64,000 bases of DNA. Origin: Gammaproteobacteria bacterium. Its GTDB lineage: Bacteria; Pseudomonadota; Gammaproteobacteria; JABABF01. The stretch lies in NCBI GenBank assembly GCA_965237805.1, contig OZ250153.1:544001-608000 (forward strand), in the 5' to 3' direction. Every line of letters starts with the position of its first letter. The stretch's first letter is position 1. This document shows positions 1-13,878 of this stretch, piece by piece. The notes under the pieces were generated by a model, which worked only from the letters and a program-made list of their open reading frames with translations, ran no database searches and was not told where the DNA came from. Both the position numbers and the translations under genes were made by a program.

Positions 1-31
1 TGTCCCGGTAACAAGCGGCATCTATTTCTGC

Positions 32-838
32 TTGGAACTCGACGGCTCAGGCCAGCTCGCCGGGCCGCGACGCATGCCCTTCCGCACAGTGCCAAACTTC
101 CGCGAACTGGGCGGCTACCCGGTGGGGGACGGTCGTCAGCTGCGCTGGGGACAGCTGTACCGCAGCGGCCACTTGGCCGACTTGACAGACGCTGGGGACG
201 AGGCCTTGCTAAGCTCCTTGCGCATCGGCAAAATCATCGATTTTCGTCATCACAGTGAAGTCAAAAGCCAACCCCACCGACTGCCTCCCTCCCCGCCCCA
301 GTTGAGTTCGCTGCCGATTACGCCGGGCAGCCTCAATGGTTACCAGCGCTGGTGGGATCACGACGGCAAACTCGAGCTCAGTGCCGACGAGATGGCTCAG
401 AAGATGTGCGAAATCAACCGCGACCTCGCCATCGGCCAAAGCGAGCACTACCAGCGCATGTTCGAGCTGCTGGTCATGCCATGCCAAGGCGCGCTGCTGA
501 TCAACTGCACGGCTGGCAAGGATCGCACAGGCTTCGGTGTGGCCTTAGTGCTACTGGCGCTGGGAGCGACGCGGGAGGCGGTGATGTCCGACTATATGCT
601 GAGCGCCGAATTCCTCGGCACCGAGGGCAATATGAAGCGCGTGCTGAGGCGCTACGGCGTCGATGATGCAATACTACTCGACTCGTGGCGTCCAGTACTG
701 ACCGTGCGCCGCGAGTACCTACAGCACGCTTTCGATGCCATCGATGAGCACTACCCGAGCACCGAGGACTACCTCGAGCAACGCTTGGGGGTGGACCACG
801 CGATGCGGACAGCGTTGCGCGATCGCTTCACCGAATAA
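32..838 (+). CDS. Tyrosine-protein phosphatase (IphP/Y_phosphatase3-like)
   Basis: N-terminal NFRELGGY and LYRSG motifs; P-loop NCTAGKDRTG (CX5R); DYMLS motif. Start uncertain (TTG 32 or ATG 74). Confidence 0.85.
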   Translation: MELDGSGQLAGPRRMPFRTVPNFRELGGYPVGDGRQLRWGQLYRSGHLADLTDAGDEALLSSLRIGKIIDFRHHSEVKSQPHRLPPSPPQLSSLPITPGSLNGYQRWWDHDGKLELSADEMAQKMCEINRDLAIGQSEHYQRMFELLVMPCQGALLINCTAGKDRTGFGVALVLLALGATREAVMSDYMLSAEFLGTEGNMKRVLRRYGVDDAILLDSWRPVLTVRREYLQHAFDAIDEHYPSTEDYLEQRLGVDHAMRTALRDRFTE

Positions 839-860
839 GCACCACACATCAAAAGCAACA

Positions 861-878
861 GCCCGCATCGATGCGGGC
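861..878. terminator. Perfect 18-bp palindrome between convergent phosphatase gene and tRNA-Leu; probable terminator
   Basis: GCCCGCATCGATGCGGGC; on the minus strand it is followed by TGTTGCTTTT. Confidence 0.5.
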
Positions 879-907
879 AACGGGCGAGCTGCCCCTGCGT
901 TTGAGTA

Positions 908-994
908 TGGTGCCGAAGACCGGACTCGAACCGGCACGACCTAAAGGCCACTGCCCCCTCAAGACAGCGTGTCTACCAGTTCCACCACTTCGGC
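908..994 (-). tRNA. tRNA-Leu(GAG)
   Basis: Reverse complement GCCGAAGTGGTGGAACTGGTAGACACG CTGTC-TT-GAG-GG-GGCAG ... GGTTCGAGTCC ... CTTCGGC-ACCA; long variable arm; canonical position downstream of secG. Confidence 0.97.
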
Positions 995-1037
995 ATCGGC
1001 AAAGCTTGGACTGCACCGCAGGAGCGCGTTCAGACAA

Positions 1038-1659
1038 TCAGGGAACATCCGGCAAGTCGTCGGCGGGAAACTGCGCCGGTGCATCGAACTCGACGACCTC
1101 AGCAGGCAGCTCAGTGGGCACCCCTTGGTCTATGCCTTGCTTGGCCAGCAGCGCCAAAGCAAAACTGGCGGCAAAGAACACGACCACCAGCACCGTCGTG
1201 ACCCGCGACAGCACATTGCCACCGCCGCTGGCCAAATAGCGTCTGCGCACTACCGGCACCAAAAGAGGCACCGCGCCACGCTGCAAAACTGGCGGCAAAG
1301 AACACGACCAAACTGTAGCTGGCGTAAACCAGCACCGTCGTGACCCGCGACAGCACATTGACAATAAACGGGGGAGGGGCATCCTTATGTCTAGTGGCTC
1401 TCCCACTGACTAGCTTGTCTTTGATATCAGGGTGCACGCCGCTAGGGCCAAATAGCGTCTGCGCACTACCGGCACCAAAAGAGGCCCCCGCGTCGGCACC
1501 GCGGCCACGCTGCAACAACACCAACACAATGATGGCCAAGGAGACCACCGCATGCAACACCAAAACATCTCCCCGTGACTTGTTGCAAGAGCTAGCTCCC
1601 ATCCGATGCCAAACTGTAGCTGGCGTCCTGCCCAAATCGTCAATCGCTTAGCTTAGCAT
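1038..1659 (-). pseudogene. secG: Preprotein translocase subunit SecG, disrupted by internal duplication, insertions and frameshifts (real lesion or assembly artefact)
   Basis: VLVLLQRGRGADAGASFGAGSAQTLFG and GNVLSRVTTVLVVVFFAASFALA are split across ORFs 1111..1635 and 1038..1406; canonical tpiA-secG-tRNA-Leu order. Confidence 0.85.
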
Positions 1660-1696
1660 AAAAACCGCCATCACGCCACCACAGCGCGGGTTCCCG

Positions 1697-2446
<750 letters not shown>

Positions 2447-2555
2447 CAGCTAAGACATCCCGCTGAAAGCGACGGTTGGCCGAGGCAGAATGCCGCGCCT
2501 CAGCGCCACCAGACGCCCGATCTGGCCATCGCAGAGCGACGGTTAGCGCAGGCAT

Positions 2556-3917
2556 TCACAGCTGCTGCTGAACGACCTCGGCCACCGCATTGGCCATGGC
2601 GCGCACCTGCTTGCTGTCCTCACCTTCTACCATGACACGGACCACGGCCTCGGTGCCGGAAGGACGTAGCAGGATGCGTCCGGTCAAGCCCAAGGTGCTC
2701 TGGGTGGCGGCCACCACCTTGCGTACCGGGGCGGCGGCGCAGATAGAGCGACCCTTCAACGCGACCGAAATGGGCACATTGACTAGGTGTTGTGGCAGGC
2801 GTTGCATGCCACTGCTCAGCTCCTGCAGTGTACTGCCAGTATTGATCAACGTCTGTAGCACACAGAGGGAGGCGACGATGCCGTCCCCTGTGGTGGTGTC
2901 AGTATGGCACATGATATGCCCAGAACTCTCGCCACCCAAGACCCAATTGCGCTGATCGAGAGCCTCGCGCACATAGCGGTCGCCGACCTCGGTGCGCACA
3001 AAGGGGACACGCTCGCCTTTCAGCGCCCGCTCCAAGCCCAAATTGCTCATCTGCGTGCCGACCACGCCATCACAGCGCCCGTGACGGCGCAAAGTCTCCA
3101 TCGCCAACACATAGAGCAGCTGGTCGCCATCCACCGTGCGCCCATCGCTGTCGACAAACAACACCCGATCACCATCGCCGTCGAAGGCGATACCGACATC
3201 TAATTTCTGCTCCAAAACCGTGCGACGCAAAGCCGCCAGATCGGTGGAGCCACAGCGATGGTTGATGTTGAGCCCATCCGGTTCGGCACCGATTATCGTC
3301 AGCTCCGCACCCAGTTCGGACAGCGTCAACGGTGCCACCCGGTAGGTCGCCCCGTGGGCACAGTCCAAGGCGATGCGCATGCCGTCCAAGCGCATCCCCC
3401 GCACCACACTCTTGCAATATTCCACATAGCGCCCACCCGCGTCCGCCTGCCGGCGCGGCCTGCCGAGACGGCTCGACCCCACCACTTGGACCCCCTTGGC
3501 GTCCCCCAATCGCTCGCGGACGCGCCGCTCCATCGGCGAGGAGAACTTGCGCCCATGGGAGTTGAAGAATTTGAAGCCGTTGTCGTGGTGAGGGTTGTGT
3601 GAAGCGCTGACCATCACACCCGCTACCGCCCCCAGCGTGTGGGTCAACCAAGCCACTGCGGGCGTTGGCAACGGCCCCGGCAGCAGCACATCCATGCCAG
3701 CAGAGATGAGTCCTGACTGCAGTGCAGTCTCCAGCATATAGCCGGAGATACGCGTGTCCTTGCTGATGATGACTTGACCGCGGTGGGCCTTGCCCCTGCC
3801 CGCCAGCGCCCGCCCCAAAGCCCAGCCCAAGCGCACACCAAACTCGGGGTTGACGAAGTCATCGCCAACCCGACCGCGGATGCCGTCTGTGCCAAAATAA
3901 TTTGGTGTCATGGGCAT
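2556..3917 (-). CDS. glmM: Phosphoglucosamine mutase
   Basis: YFGTDGIRG, SASHNP, FDGDGDR, GGESSGH, RPSGTE motifs. Confidence 0.97.
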   Translation of the reverse strand: MPMTPNYFGTDGIRGRVGDDFVNPEFGVRLGWALGRALAGRGKAHRGQVIISKDTRISGYMLETALQSGLISAGMDVLLPGPLPTPAVAWLTHTLGAVAGVMVSASHNPHHDNGFKFFNSHGRKFSSPMERRVRERLGDAKGVQVVGSSRLGRPRRQADAGGRYVEYCKSVVRGMRLDGMRIALDCAHGATYRVAPLTLSELGAELTIIGAEPDGLNINHRCGSTDLAALRRTVLEQKLDVGIAFDGDGDRVLFVDSDGRTVDGDQLLYVLAMETLRRHGRCDGVVGTQMSNLGLERALKGERVPFVRTEVGDRYVREALDQRNWVLGGESSGHIMCHTDTTTGDGIVASLCVLQTLINTGSTLQELSSGMQRLPQHLVNVPISVALKGRSICAAAPVRKVVAATQSTLGLTGRILLRPSGTEAVVRVMVEGEDSKQVRAMANAVAEVVQQQL

Positions 3918-3958
3918 AGTTCTGCCCTTTTAGTTGCGGGGGAGCACACTTAATTTTA

Positions 3959-4849
3959 CTATGAAGCGGTGACTGACATGGTGCTGGCGGCGCGCAGCGC
4001 CGATGCCATACGCACTGCATCCACTGTCTGGGCGACATCGTGAGCACGGACAATATGTGCCCCTTGGAAGACTGCCAACGCCGCCAGCGCCACACCCGCC
4101 GCAAGGCGTTCATCCACACCGCGCCCCAGTATCTGCCCGATCAAAGACTTGCGCGAAACGCCGACTAGCAATGGCTGCCCTTCGGCTGCCAGCGTGTCGA
4201 GACAGCCGAGTAACGATAGGTTGTGCGCCAGTGTCTTGCCAAAGCCTATGCCCGGATCGAAAACGATGCGATCGCGGGAGATACCAGCCGCGACACAGGC
4301 CGCAAGGCGCCCGCGCAGGAAGTCGCGCACCTCGGCGACGACATCGTCGTAGCGCGGCTCGAGCTGCATCGTGGCGGGCTCTCCGTTCATATGCATCAGG
4401 CAGACTGGCAGGCCACTGGCGGCTGCTGCAGCCAGCGCCCCCGGACGGCTAAGAGCGCGCACATCGTTGATCAGGCCCGCCCCGAGCGAGGCTGCCTCGG
4501 CCATCAGACCGGGATCGCTGCTATCAACGGAGACCGTGACATCAAATTCGCCCACCAGCGCCTCTACCACAGGCAGCACCCGGTCGCACTCCTCGCCCGG
4601 CGACACTGGCAGCGCCCCGGGGCGGGTCGACTCGCCACCCACATCAAGCATGGCCGCGCCCGCAGCCACCATGGCGGTTGCCCGGTGCAGGATCTTCGCG
4701 ATACGCGGGCGACCATCGGCGAATAGCTGAGCGCCGTCGGAGAAGGAATCCGGCGTGATGTTCAGCACCGCCATGACCTGCGCCGTGCCGAGCTCGTGGC
4801 ATCGCCCGGCACAGCGCAACACCGGTCCCTCTGCGGGGGCATTCAGCAT
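3959..4849 (-). CDS. folP: Dihydropteroate synthase
   Basis: LNITPDSFSDG, DVGGESTRPGA, DPGIGFGK, GVSRKS, VRAHDV; start chosen at ATG 4849. Confidence 0.96.
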   Translation of the reverse strand: MLNAPAEGPVLRCAGRCHELGTAQVMAVLNITPDSFSDGAQLFADGRPRIAKILHRATAMVAAGAAMLDVGGESTRPGALPVSPGEECDRVLPVVEALVGEFDVTVSVDSSDPGLMAEAASLGAGLINDVRALSRPGALAAAAASGLPVCLMHMNGEPATMQLEPRYDDVVAEVRDFLRGRLAACVAAGISRDRIVFDPGIGFGKTLAHNLSLLGCLDTLAAEGQPLLVGVSRKSLIGQILGRGVDERLAAGVALAALAVFQGAHIVRAHDVAQTVDAVRMASALRAASTMSVTAS

Positions 4850-4951
4850 CGACTGGCACACATCGCGGGGACGGGCGAGAGGGCGGCGGCTGGCACCATA
4901 TGATGGCAAACGGCAGCTGGGAAGCCGCCTGCTGGGGGCTTCAGACCGCCT

Positions 4952-6892
4952 TCAACACTCGCCGACCACACCGTCGACATCGACCACTGGCACCCCGTCA
5001 TCGGCTTCCCCGTCATCGGCTTCCCCGGCAGCATGATCGGCGGCTGCAGCGTCTGAGGAGAACTCCGACACGGGTTTGGGCGGACGCGGCGGCTTATCCT
5101 CCATGATGTCGGCAATCTGCAATTGGTTCAAGCTCTCATAGCGGATCAAGGCACTGGCCATCGCATGCAGGCGATTCATATTCTCCTCCAGCAGGCGCTT
5201 CGCCTCGGCATAGCAGTGGGTCACGATGCGGTGGACTTCATGGTCGATCTGCTTCGCCGTGTCCGGTGAGATCCCGACATGCGGACCGGAGGCAGCCACA
5301 CGCCCCAAGAACAACTCGTCAGTGCCACCGTCGTAGAGTAGCGGCCCCAACTTGTCGGACAGACCCCAGCGCATGACCATGTGGCGCACAATCTCCGTCG
5401 CTTGGCGGATATCGTTGGAGGCACCAGTGGTGATGCCCTCGACCCCGAGCACCAACTCCTCCGCCACCCGACCACCGAACAGGCTGCACACCCGGCTGAT
5501 GATCGAGCGCCGCGAACTGCTGTGGCGTTCTTCCTCGGGCAGAAACATGGTCATACCGAGGGCGCGGCCATGTGGGATGATACTGACCTTGTAGACCGAA
5601 TCGTGCTCTGGCACCAAGCGCCCGACAATCGCGTGACCCGCCTCGTGGTAGGCGGTGATGCGCTTCTCGTGATCCGACATGACCATCGACGGACGGGCGC
5701 GCCCCATCATCAATTTATCTTTGGCTGCTTCGAAATGATCCATGTGCACCTGCTCTTGGTTCACATGCGCGGCACCCAGCGCCGCCTCGTTGCACAGATT
5801 GGCGAGGTCTGCACCAGAGAAACCTGGCGTGGCCTTGGCCAGCACATCTGGATCAACATCATCGGCCAGCTGTAGTTTGCGCATATGCACTTTGAGGATG
5901 GCACTGCGCCCGCGGATGTCCGGCAGATGCACCACCACTTGGCGGTCAAAGCGCCCCGGGCGCAACAATGCCGGATCCAGCACATCGGGACGATTGGTGG
6001 CAGCGATGACGATGATGTTGGACGCTTCCTCGAAACCGTCCATCTCGACCAGCAGCTGGTTCAGCGTCTGCTCGCGCTCGTCGTGGCCACCGCCGAGGCC
6101 AGTACCGCGGTGGCGACCGACGGCATCGATCTCATCGATGAAAACAATGCAGGGTGAGACCTTGCGCGCCTGAGCGAACATATCGCGCACCCGCGATGCG
6201 CCGACACCGACAAACATCTCGACGAAATCGGAACCAGAGATCGAGAAAAACACCACCCCCGCCTCACCGGCAATAGCCCGCGCCAGCAAAGTCTTGCCCG
6301 TGCCCGGCGGGCCGACCATCAACACGCCGTGCGGAATGCGCCCACCGAGGCGCTCAAAACGCGCTGGATCGCGCAGGAAATCGACCAATTCCTCCACCTC
6401 CTCCTTCGCCTCTTCGATACCGGCAACATCTTTGAAGGTGGTGGTGAGATTATCGGTTGGCTGTATCCGCGCCCGATTGCGCCCGAAAGATAGCGGACCG
6501 TTTCGGCCACCCATGCTGGACTGCAAGTGGCGCGACAGGAAGACGAAGGCCGTGATGATCAGCAGAATCGGGAAGGAAGTGATCAGCAGCTGTAGCCACA
6601 GGCTTTGCTCGGCTGGCAAACGCCCCTCGACGGTGACCCCGTAGTTCAGCAGATCTGACATCAGCCCTTGGTCGGGAGCCGAGGGGCGTACCGATCTGAA
6701 ATTGCTACCGTCCTTGCGATGACCGCTAATCTCTTGGCCGTCGATTACCACGCGATCGATCAGCCCGTCCTGTACCTCGGAGACAAACTCCGAATACAAC
6801 AGCGCCTCAGAGGGAGCTGACTGGCGCATATTCTGCATCGCCACGACCAGCAAACCAGTCAACGCCAATATGAAAAAGAGATTTTTGCTCAT
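4952..6892 (-). CDS. ftsH: ATP-dependent zinc metalloprotease FtsH
   Basis: Two N-terminal TM segments, Walker [44 protein letters not shown] zinc motif. Confidence 0.98.
   Translation of the reverse strand: MSKNLFFILALTGLLVVAMQNMRQSAPSEALLYSEFVSEVQDGLIDRVVIDGQEISGHRKDGSNFRSVRPSAPDQGLMSDLLNYGVTVEGRLPAEQSLWLQLLITSFPILLIITAFVFLSRHLQSSMGGRNGPLSFGRNRARIQPTDNLTTTFKDVAGIEEAKEEVEELVDFLRDPARFERLGGRIPHGVLMVGPPGTGKTLLARAIAGEAGVVFFSISGSDFVEMFVGVGASRVRDMFAQARKVSPCIVFIDEIDAVGRHRGTGLGGGHDEREQTLNQLLVEMDGFEEASNIIVIAATNRPDVLDPALLRPGRFDRQVVVHLPDIRGRSAILKVHMRKLQLADDVDPDVLAKATPGFSGADLANLCNEAALGAAHVNQEQVHMDHFEAAKDKLMMGRARPSMVMSDHEKRITAYHEAGHAIVGRLVPEHDSVYKVSIIPHGRALGMTMFLPEEERHSSSRRSIISRVCSLFGGRVAEELVLGVEGITTGASNDIRQATEIVRHMVMRWGLSDKLGPLLYDGGTDELFLGRVAASGPHVGISPDTAKQIDHEVHRIVTHCYAEAKRLLEENMNRLHAMASALIRYESLNQLQIADIMEDKPPRPPKPVSEFSSDAAAADHAAGEADDGEADDGVPVVDVDGVVGEC
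4993..5027. repeat. 15-bp tandem repeat (2.3 copies) in the ftsH 3' end
   Basis: CCCCGTCATCGGCTT x2 + CCCCG, encoding [11 protein letters not shown]. Confidence 0.85.
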
Positions 6893-6986
6893 CTATCTCT
6901 GATCGTGCTCCATGGATTTGGGGCTAAACAAACCGCGCCCGCAAGCGCCAGAGCCAATAACCCCAGCGCAAACGGGGCGAAAGCGG

Positions 6987-6995
6987 ATTATACCA
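6987..6995 (-). promoter_or_regulatory. Putative extended -10 promoter for ftsH
   Basis: TGGTATAAT on the minus strand about 95 bp upstream of the ftsH ATG. Confidence 0.45.
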
Positions 6996-7018
6996 CTGCA
7001 GAGGGTGGTTGGAGAGCC

Positions 7019-7630
7019 TTAGCGGTGTAATCCGACGGCGTGCGCATAGATCTCTTTGGAGCTGGGACGCGAGGCGCTGGCCCGCATCAGCTGCAGGCGC
7101 TGACAGCGCGTGCGCAGCGAGCGCACCCGCTCATCGCCACCACTGCCTTGGAACAATTTGATCAGCAACTGGCTCGCGGGATGGCACAGCGCCCCGGCCA
7201 GCTCCAAGGCCCGCTCCACCAGCGCATCGCAGGCCGTTGCATCCACCACCGTCACGCCGCTCAGCGGCGGAGCCGCATCGCACAGCAGCACATCGACTGG
7301 GCGTCCGCCCAACAGCCCCGCCAGCGCCTCCAGCACCCCGGGGTCGTCCATATCGGCCTGCAAAGTGGCGACCCCGGGTAGGGACGCGATGGGCTCGCGG
7401 TCGAGGGCGACGACCAAGCCGGAGCTGCCGGTCTCTTCGCGTGCCACTTGGGAGAAGCCGCCCGGTGCGGCCCCCAGATCCAAGACCACCATTCCCGGGC
7501 GCAACAGACCGCAGCGGCGCTGGATATCGATCAGTTTGAAAGCCGCCCGAGAGCGGTAGCCGCAGCGGCGCGCAAGACGGCTGTGGTAATCGTCATCCCA
7601 ACGCCGCCCACTACGCGACGCCCGGCTCAC
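7019..7630 (-). CDS. rlmE: 23S rRNA U2552 2'-O-methyltransferase RlmE
   Basis: [25 protein letters not shown] tetrad; GTG start overlaps the greA stop (GTGA). Confidence 0.93.
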   Translation of the reverse strand: MSRASRSGRRWDDDYHSRLARRCGYRSRAAFKLIDIQRRCGLLRPGMVVLDLGAAPGGFSQVAREETGSSGLVVALDREPIASLPGVATLQADMDDPGVLEALAGLLGGRPVDVLLCDAAPPLSGVTVVDATACDALVERALELAGALCHPASQLLIKLFQGSGGDERVRSLRTRCQRLQLMRASASRPSSKEIYAHAVGLHR

Positions 7631-8103
7631 AAATGGTGCACAGCGCGGATTTCGTATTCCACATCGCCGCCCGGCGTCGCGACCGTCACCTGATCGCCGA
7701 CATTGCACCCGACCAGCGCCCGCGCAATCGGCGAGTGCAGCGAAATGAGCTGATTGTCGGGATCGGCTTCATCCTCGCCGACGATCCGGTAGCGCAGCTC
7801 GCAATCGTCGGACAGCCGTAGCAACTCCAAGGTGGTGCCAAAGATCACTCGCCCAGTATTCTCAATATTAGAGATATCAATGATCTCCGCCCGAGCCAGA
7901 CTGGACTCTATCGAGCGGACGCGCCCCTCGACGAAGCCTTGGCGCTCGCGGGCAGCATTGTATTCGGCATTTTCACGCAGATCACCGTGGGCGCGAGCCT
8001 CTGCGATGGAGGCGATCAGAATCGGGCGCTCCACTTCCTTGAGCCGCCGCAGCTCCTCGCGCAACGCCTGCTCGCCCTGCGGAGTCATTGGTGAGCGTTC
8101 CAT
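7627..8103 (-). CDS. greA: Transcription elongation factor GreA
   Basis: [36 protein letters not shown] motifs. Confidence 0.97.
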   Translation of the reverse strand: MERSPMTPQGEQALREELRRLKEVERPILIASIAEARAHGDLRENAEYNAARERQGFVEGRVRSIESSLARAEIIDISNIENTGRVIFGTTLELLRLSDDCELRYRIVGEDEADPDNQLISLHSPIARALVGCNVGDQVTVATPGGDVEYEIRAVHHL

Positions 8104-8216
8104 CACAGTCCCCCCAAACCGCCACAGCAAGTGCATCTGGATCAGGCGGATCGCCGGCCGCAACACAACCGTGCCGATGATGCCGCACAGCTTGGATTAT
8201 AGACGCAAGCGGCAGC

Positions 8217-11466
<3,250 letters not shown>

Positions 11467-11474
<8 letters not shown>

Positions 11475-12642
11475 CGCCGTCTCCTCGGGGAGTCATCAGC
11501 TCGACGAAGCGCTGGAACAGACCATCGGCATCGTGCGGGCCCGGGCTCGCCTCCGGGTGGCCTTGGAAGCCGAAAGCCGGGCGCTCGCTGTGCTCCACCC
11601 CCTGCAATGAGCCATCGAATAGCGAGTGGTGGGTGGCGCGCAACACCGCGGGCAATGAGTCTTCGTCGACGGCAAAGCCATGGTTCTGGCTGGTGACCAG
11701 CACCCGCTCGTCGGCCGCCACGCGTACCGGATGGTTGGCACCGTGGTGGCCAAACTTCATCTTGACCGTGCGGGCACCGGCGGCCAGCGCCAAGATTTGG
11801 TGGCCGAGGCAGATACCGAACAGCGGCATCCCGACGGCCAGCAGCTCACGCACGGTGGCAATGGCATAGGTGCAGGCGGCCGGATCGCCAGGGCCGTTGG
11901 AGAGAAAGACGCCGTCGGGGGACAGCGCCAAGATGTCGGCGACCGGTGTGGTGGCCGGCACCAATGTCAGGCGACAGCCATGGGCGACCAACAGGCGCAG
12001 GATGTTGCGCTTGACACCAAAATCGACCACCACGACATGGCGGCGCGGCGGCGGTGCGGCGGCGAAGCCCTGTGGTGTCCAAGTGGAATCCCCCCAGTCA
12101 CAGATCTCGGCCACGCTGACCTCGCGCGCCAGATCCATACCCGCCAAGCCCGGGAAAGCACGGGCAGCCGCGATGGCCTCATCGTCATCTGGCAAGGCGG
12201 CGGACTCGGCAGCTGCAAGCTCAGCGGAGGGTGGCAGGCAGTGCAGATAGGCATCGACAGCTCCACCCTCGCGCAGGCGCTGGGTCAGTGTGCGGGTGTC
12301 GATGCCAGCGATAGCTGGCACGCCCCGCTCGCGCAGATAGTCCCCCAGCGACTGCCGGGAGCGATGGTTGCTCGGCACCGAGGGCGGCTCGCGTAGCACC
12401 AGCGCAGCCGCGTGGACCTGAGCCGACTCCTCATCCTCTGAATTGACCCCGACATTGCCGATGTGGGGGCAGGTGAAAGTGACCAGCTGGCGGCGATAAG
12501 AAGGGTCTGTGATGATCTCCTGATAGCCACTCATCGCGGTGTTGAAGACCAGTTCGCCGACCGCCTCACCGGCGGCACCCACCGAGCGACCGCGCAGGAC
12601 AGTGCCATCGGCCAAGGCCAAAAGGGCGCTGGGGGCGCTCAC
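11467..12642 (-). CDS. carA: Carbamoyl-phosphate synthase small subunit
   Basis: [39 protein letters not shown]. Confidence 0.98.
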
Positions 12643-12794
12643 GGCTGGGCGACGGCGAGGCGTCGGCTAGGAGCGATGATCAGCCCGCTGAGGGCGCAAC
12701 CAAGCAAGCTGGTACAGGGGGGTGAACAGGCTAAAAAAAAACGGGGAGCCAGCAAGCCAGCCCCCCGCAATAGATAAGACGCAACGATAGCCAT
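12639..12794 (-). CDS. Putative 51-aa carA leader peptide
   Basis: Hand-translated ATG 12794 to TGA 12639 ([20 protein letters not shown]...LAVAQP); the stop overlaps the carA GTG (GTGA); runs through a terminator; no SD seen. Confidence 0.4.
   Translation of the reverse strand: MAIVASYLLRGAGLLAPRFFLACSPPCTSLLGCALSGLIIAPSRRLAVAQP
12733..12768 (-). terminator. Intrinsic terminator (attenuator) in the carA leader
   Basis: GC-rich hairpin GCGGGGGGCTGG...CTGGCTCCCCG followed by 9 T on the minus strand, about 90 bp upstream of carA. Confidence 0.75.
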
Positions 12795-13027
12795 ATCGGG
12801 CGCGTATTGTGCCACAGACCAAGGATGGCTGTCTACAGTACAACGGAGGCGTAGTGGCTCTGTTCAGACTGCTGGCCAGTGCCAACATCTCATCATAGGC
12901 TCCACAAGCGGCTCGACCATACTTGCTGCGTCAAAGCGGCAACCACACTGCAGACAAACCGCCAATATAGGAATTATGCACCAAGATCCCCTATCAGCAC
13001 GCACTAATGATGCCTGCCAGCACGCGC

Positions 13028-13140
13028 CAACAAGGGGTGGTACTGTCAGTACATGCAACAAGGGGAGTACTAGCTATACGTGTCAACAAGGGGAGTACTA
13101 GCTGTACTGTGTCAACAAGCTGTACTGTCGAGTACGTGTC
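13028..13140. repeat. Four degenerate 28-29-bp tandem repeats
   Basis: Units start with CAACAAG(GGG) at 13028, 13056, 13084 and 13113; units 2 and 3 share CAACAAGGGGAGTACTAGCT. Confidence 0.85.
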
Positions 13141-13151
13141 TATTGACGCAC

Positions 13152-13180
13152 TTGACAAATCGGAATAAGTGTGTCAAAAT
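13152..13180 (+). promoter_or_regulatory. Putative sigma70 promoter overlapped by an inverted repeat (operator-like)
   Basis: TTGACA-N17-CAAAAT with a TG extension; TTGACA-N14-TGTCAA dyad at 13152-13177. Confidence 0.55.
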
Positions 13181-13232
13181 ACGTGAAAGTTGGGAAGAGT
13201 CGCACGCTTCGCGCTAGGACAAGGGTAACATC

Positions 13233-13769
13233 ATGACATTCAATCACACACAAAGAGCCCTCAAGATCGAACTTGAGAATTGTACGAGGCTGGAGGAAGA
13301 GCTTCAAGCACAGATCAGCAAGTGCAAAAGAGAAATCGAAGAGCTGCAGCGTATTCGTGAAAGATTCCTACCACTTGTGGAAGGCGCGAATCATGTGAAA
13401 TCAGGCGCAAGTAGCAAGCGCCTTGGCCAACGCCGTTCAGGCAGCGTACCAAACCAAATCACTGAATGTCTGGATGCTGCGCCACAGGGGCTCTCTTTTG
13501 CCGAATTAGCTCGCCAAATCACAGCACGACGCTCATATCTAGTCTTTAGCATTAAAAGCTTGCTAGCGGATCAGAATATTGAAAGTCGCGAAGAACAGGG
13601 CGAGACTATCTATAGCCGGTCTGGCGCACAGGCTTCTTCATGCGAATCCGAAGGACAAGAAGAAGCTGGTCCCTTAGGGGACCGCAATCCAACCAAGGAC
13701 GGAAGTCCTGGTAGGGGGAGTCAAAGTGCTACTGTAGCCAGTAGCAGTGCGACGGGCTTCAGGATATAG
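13233..13769 (+). CDS. Hypothetical protein: N-terminal coiled coil, basic linker, probable winged helix-turn-helix, low-complexity tail
   Basis: Heptad-like LEEELQAQISKCKREIEELQRIRE; ITECLDAAPQGLSFAELARQI...LVFSIKSLLADQNIESREEQGETIY resembles a wHTH; lower GC than its flanks; own promoter. Confidence 0.65.
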   Translation: MTFNHTQRALKIELENCTRLEEELQAQISKCKREIEELQRIRERFLPLVEGANHVKSGASSKRLGQRRSGSVPNQITECLDAAPQGLSFAELARQITARRSYLVFSIKSLLADQNIESREEQGETIYSRSGAQASSCESEGQEEAGPLGDRNPTKDGSPGRGSQSATVASSSATGFRI

Positions 13770-13836
13770 GGCGTCAGGCGCTGACCGAGCCTCCGAGTGG
13801 AGATGTTGTGGGCACACAGCATTTCCGCTCGGTCAG
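13668..13836 (+). ncRNA. Candidate structured RNA element (cluster of four hairpins)
   Basis: GGTCCC-TTAG-GGGACC; AGGAC-GGAA-GTCCT; TGCTACTG-TAGC-CAGTAGCA; a 22-bp stem at 13781-13836 whose G-U pairs favour plus-strand folding. Confidence 0.4.
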
Positions 13837-13878
13837 TTAGGCTTTGGTCATTGTGATCCCGCTGTCCCGTTGTGGATT

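Noticed and set aside
13028-13140. CRISPR mini-array or LexA boxes
   Set aside because: The variable parts are related to each other and too short for spacers; TACTGT half-sites never complete CTGT-N8-ACAG.
13730-13749. LexA-like CTG-N10-CAG site
   Set aside because: It lies inside a coding hairpin far from a promoter, lacks the AT-rich core, and no SOS box is seen even upstream of recN.
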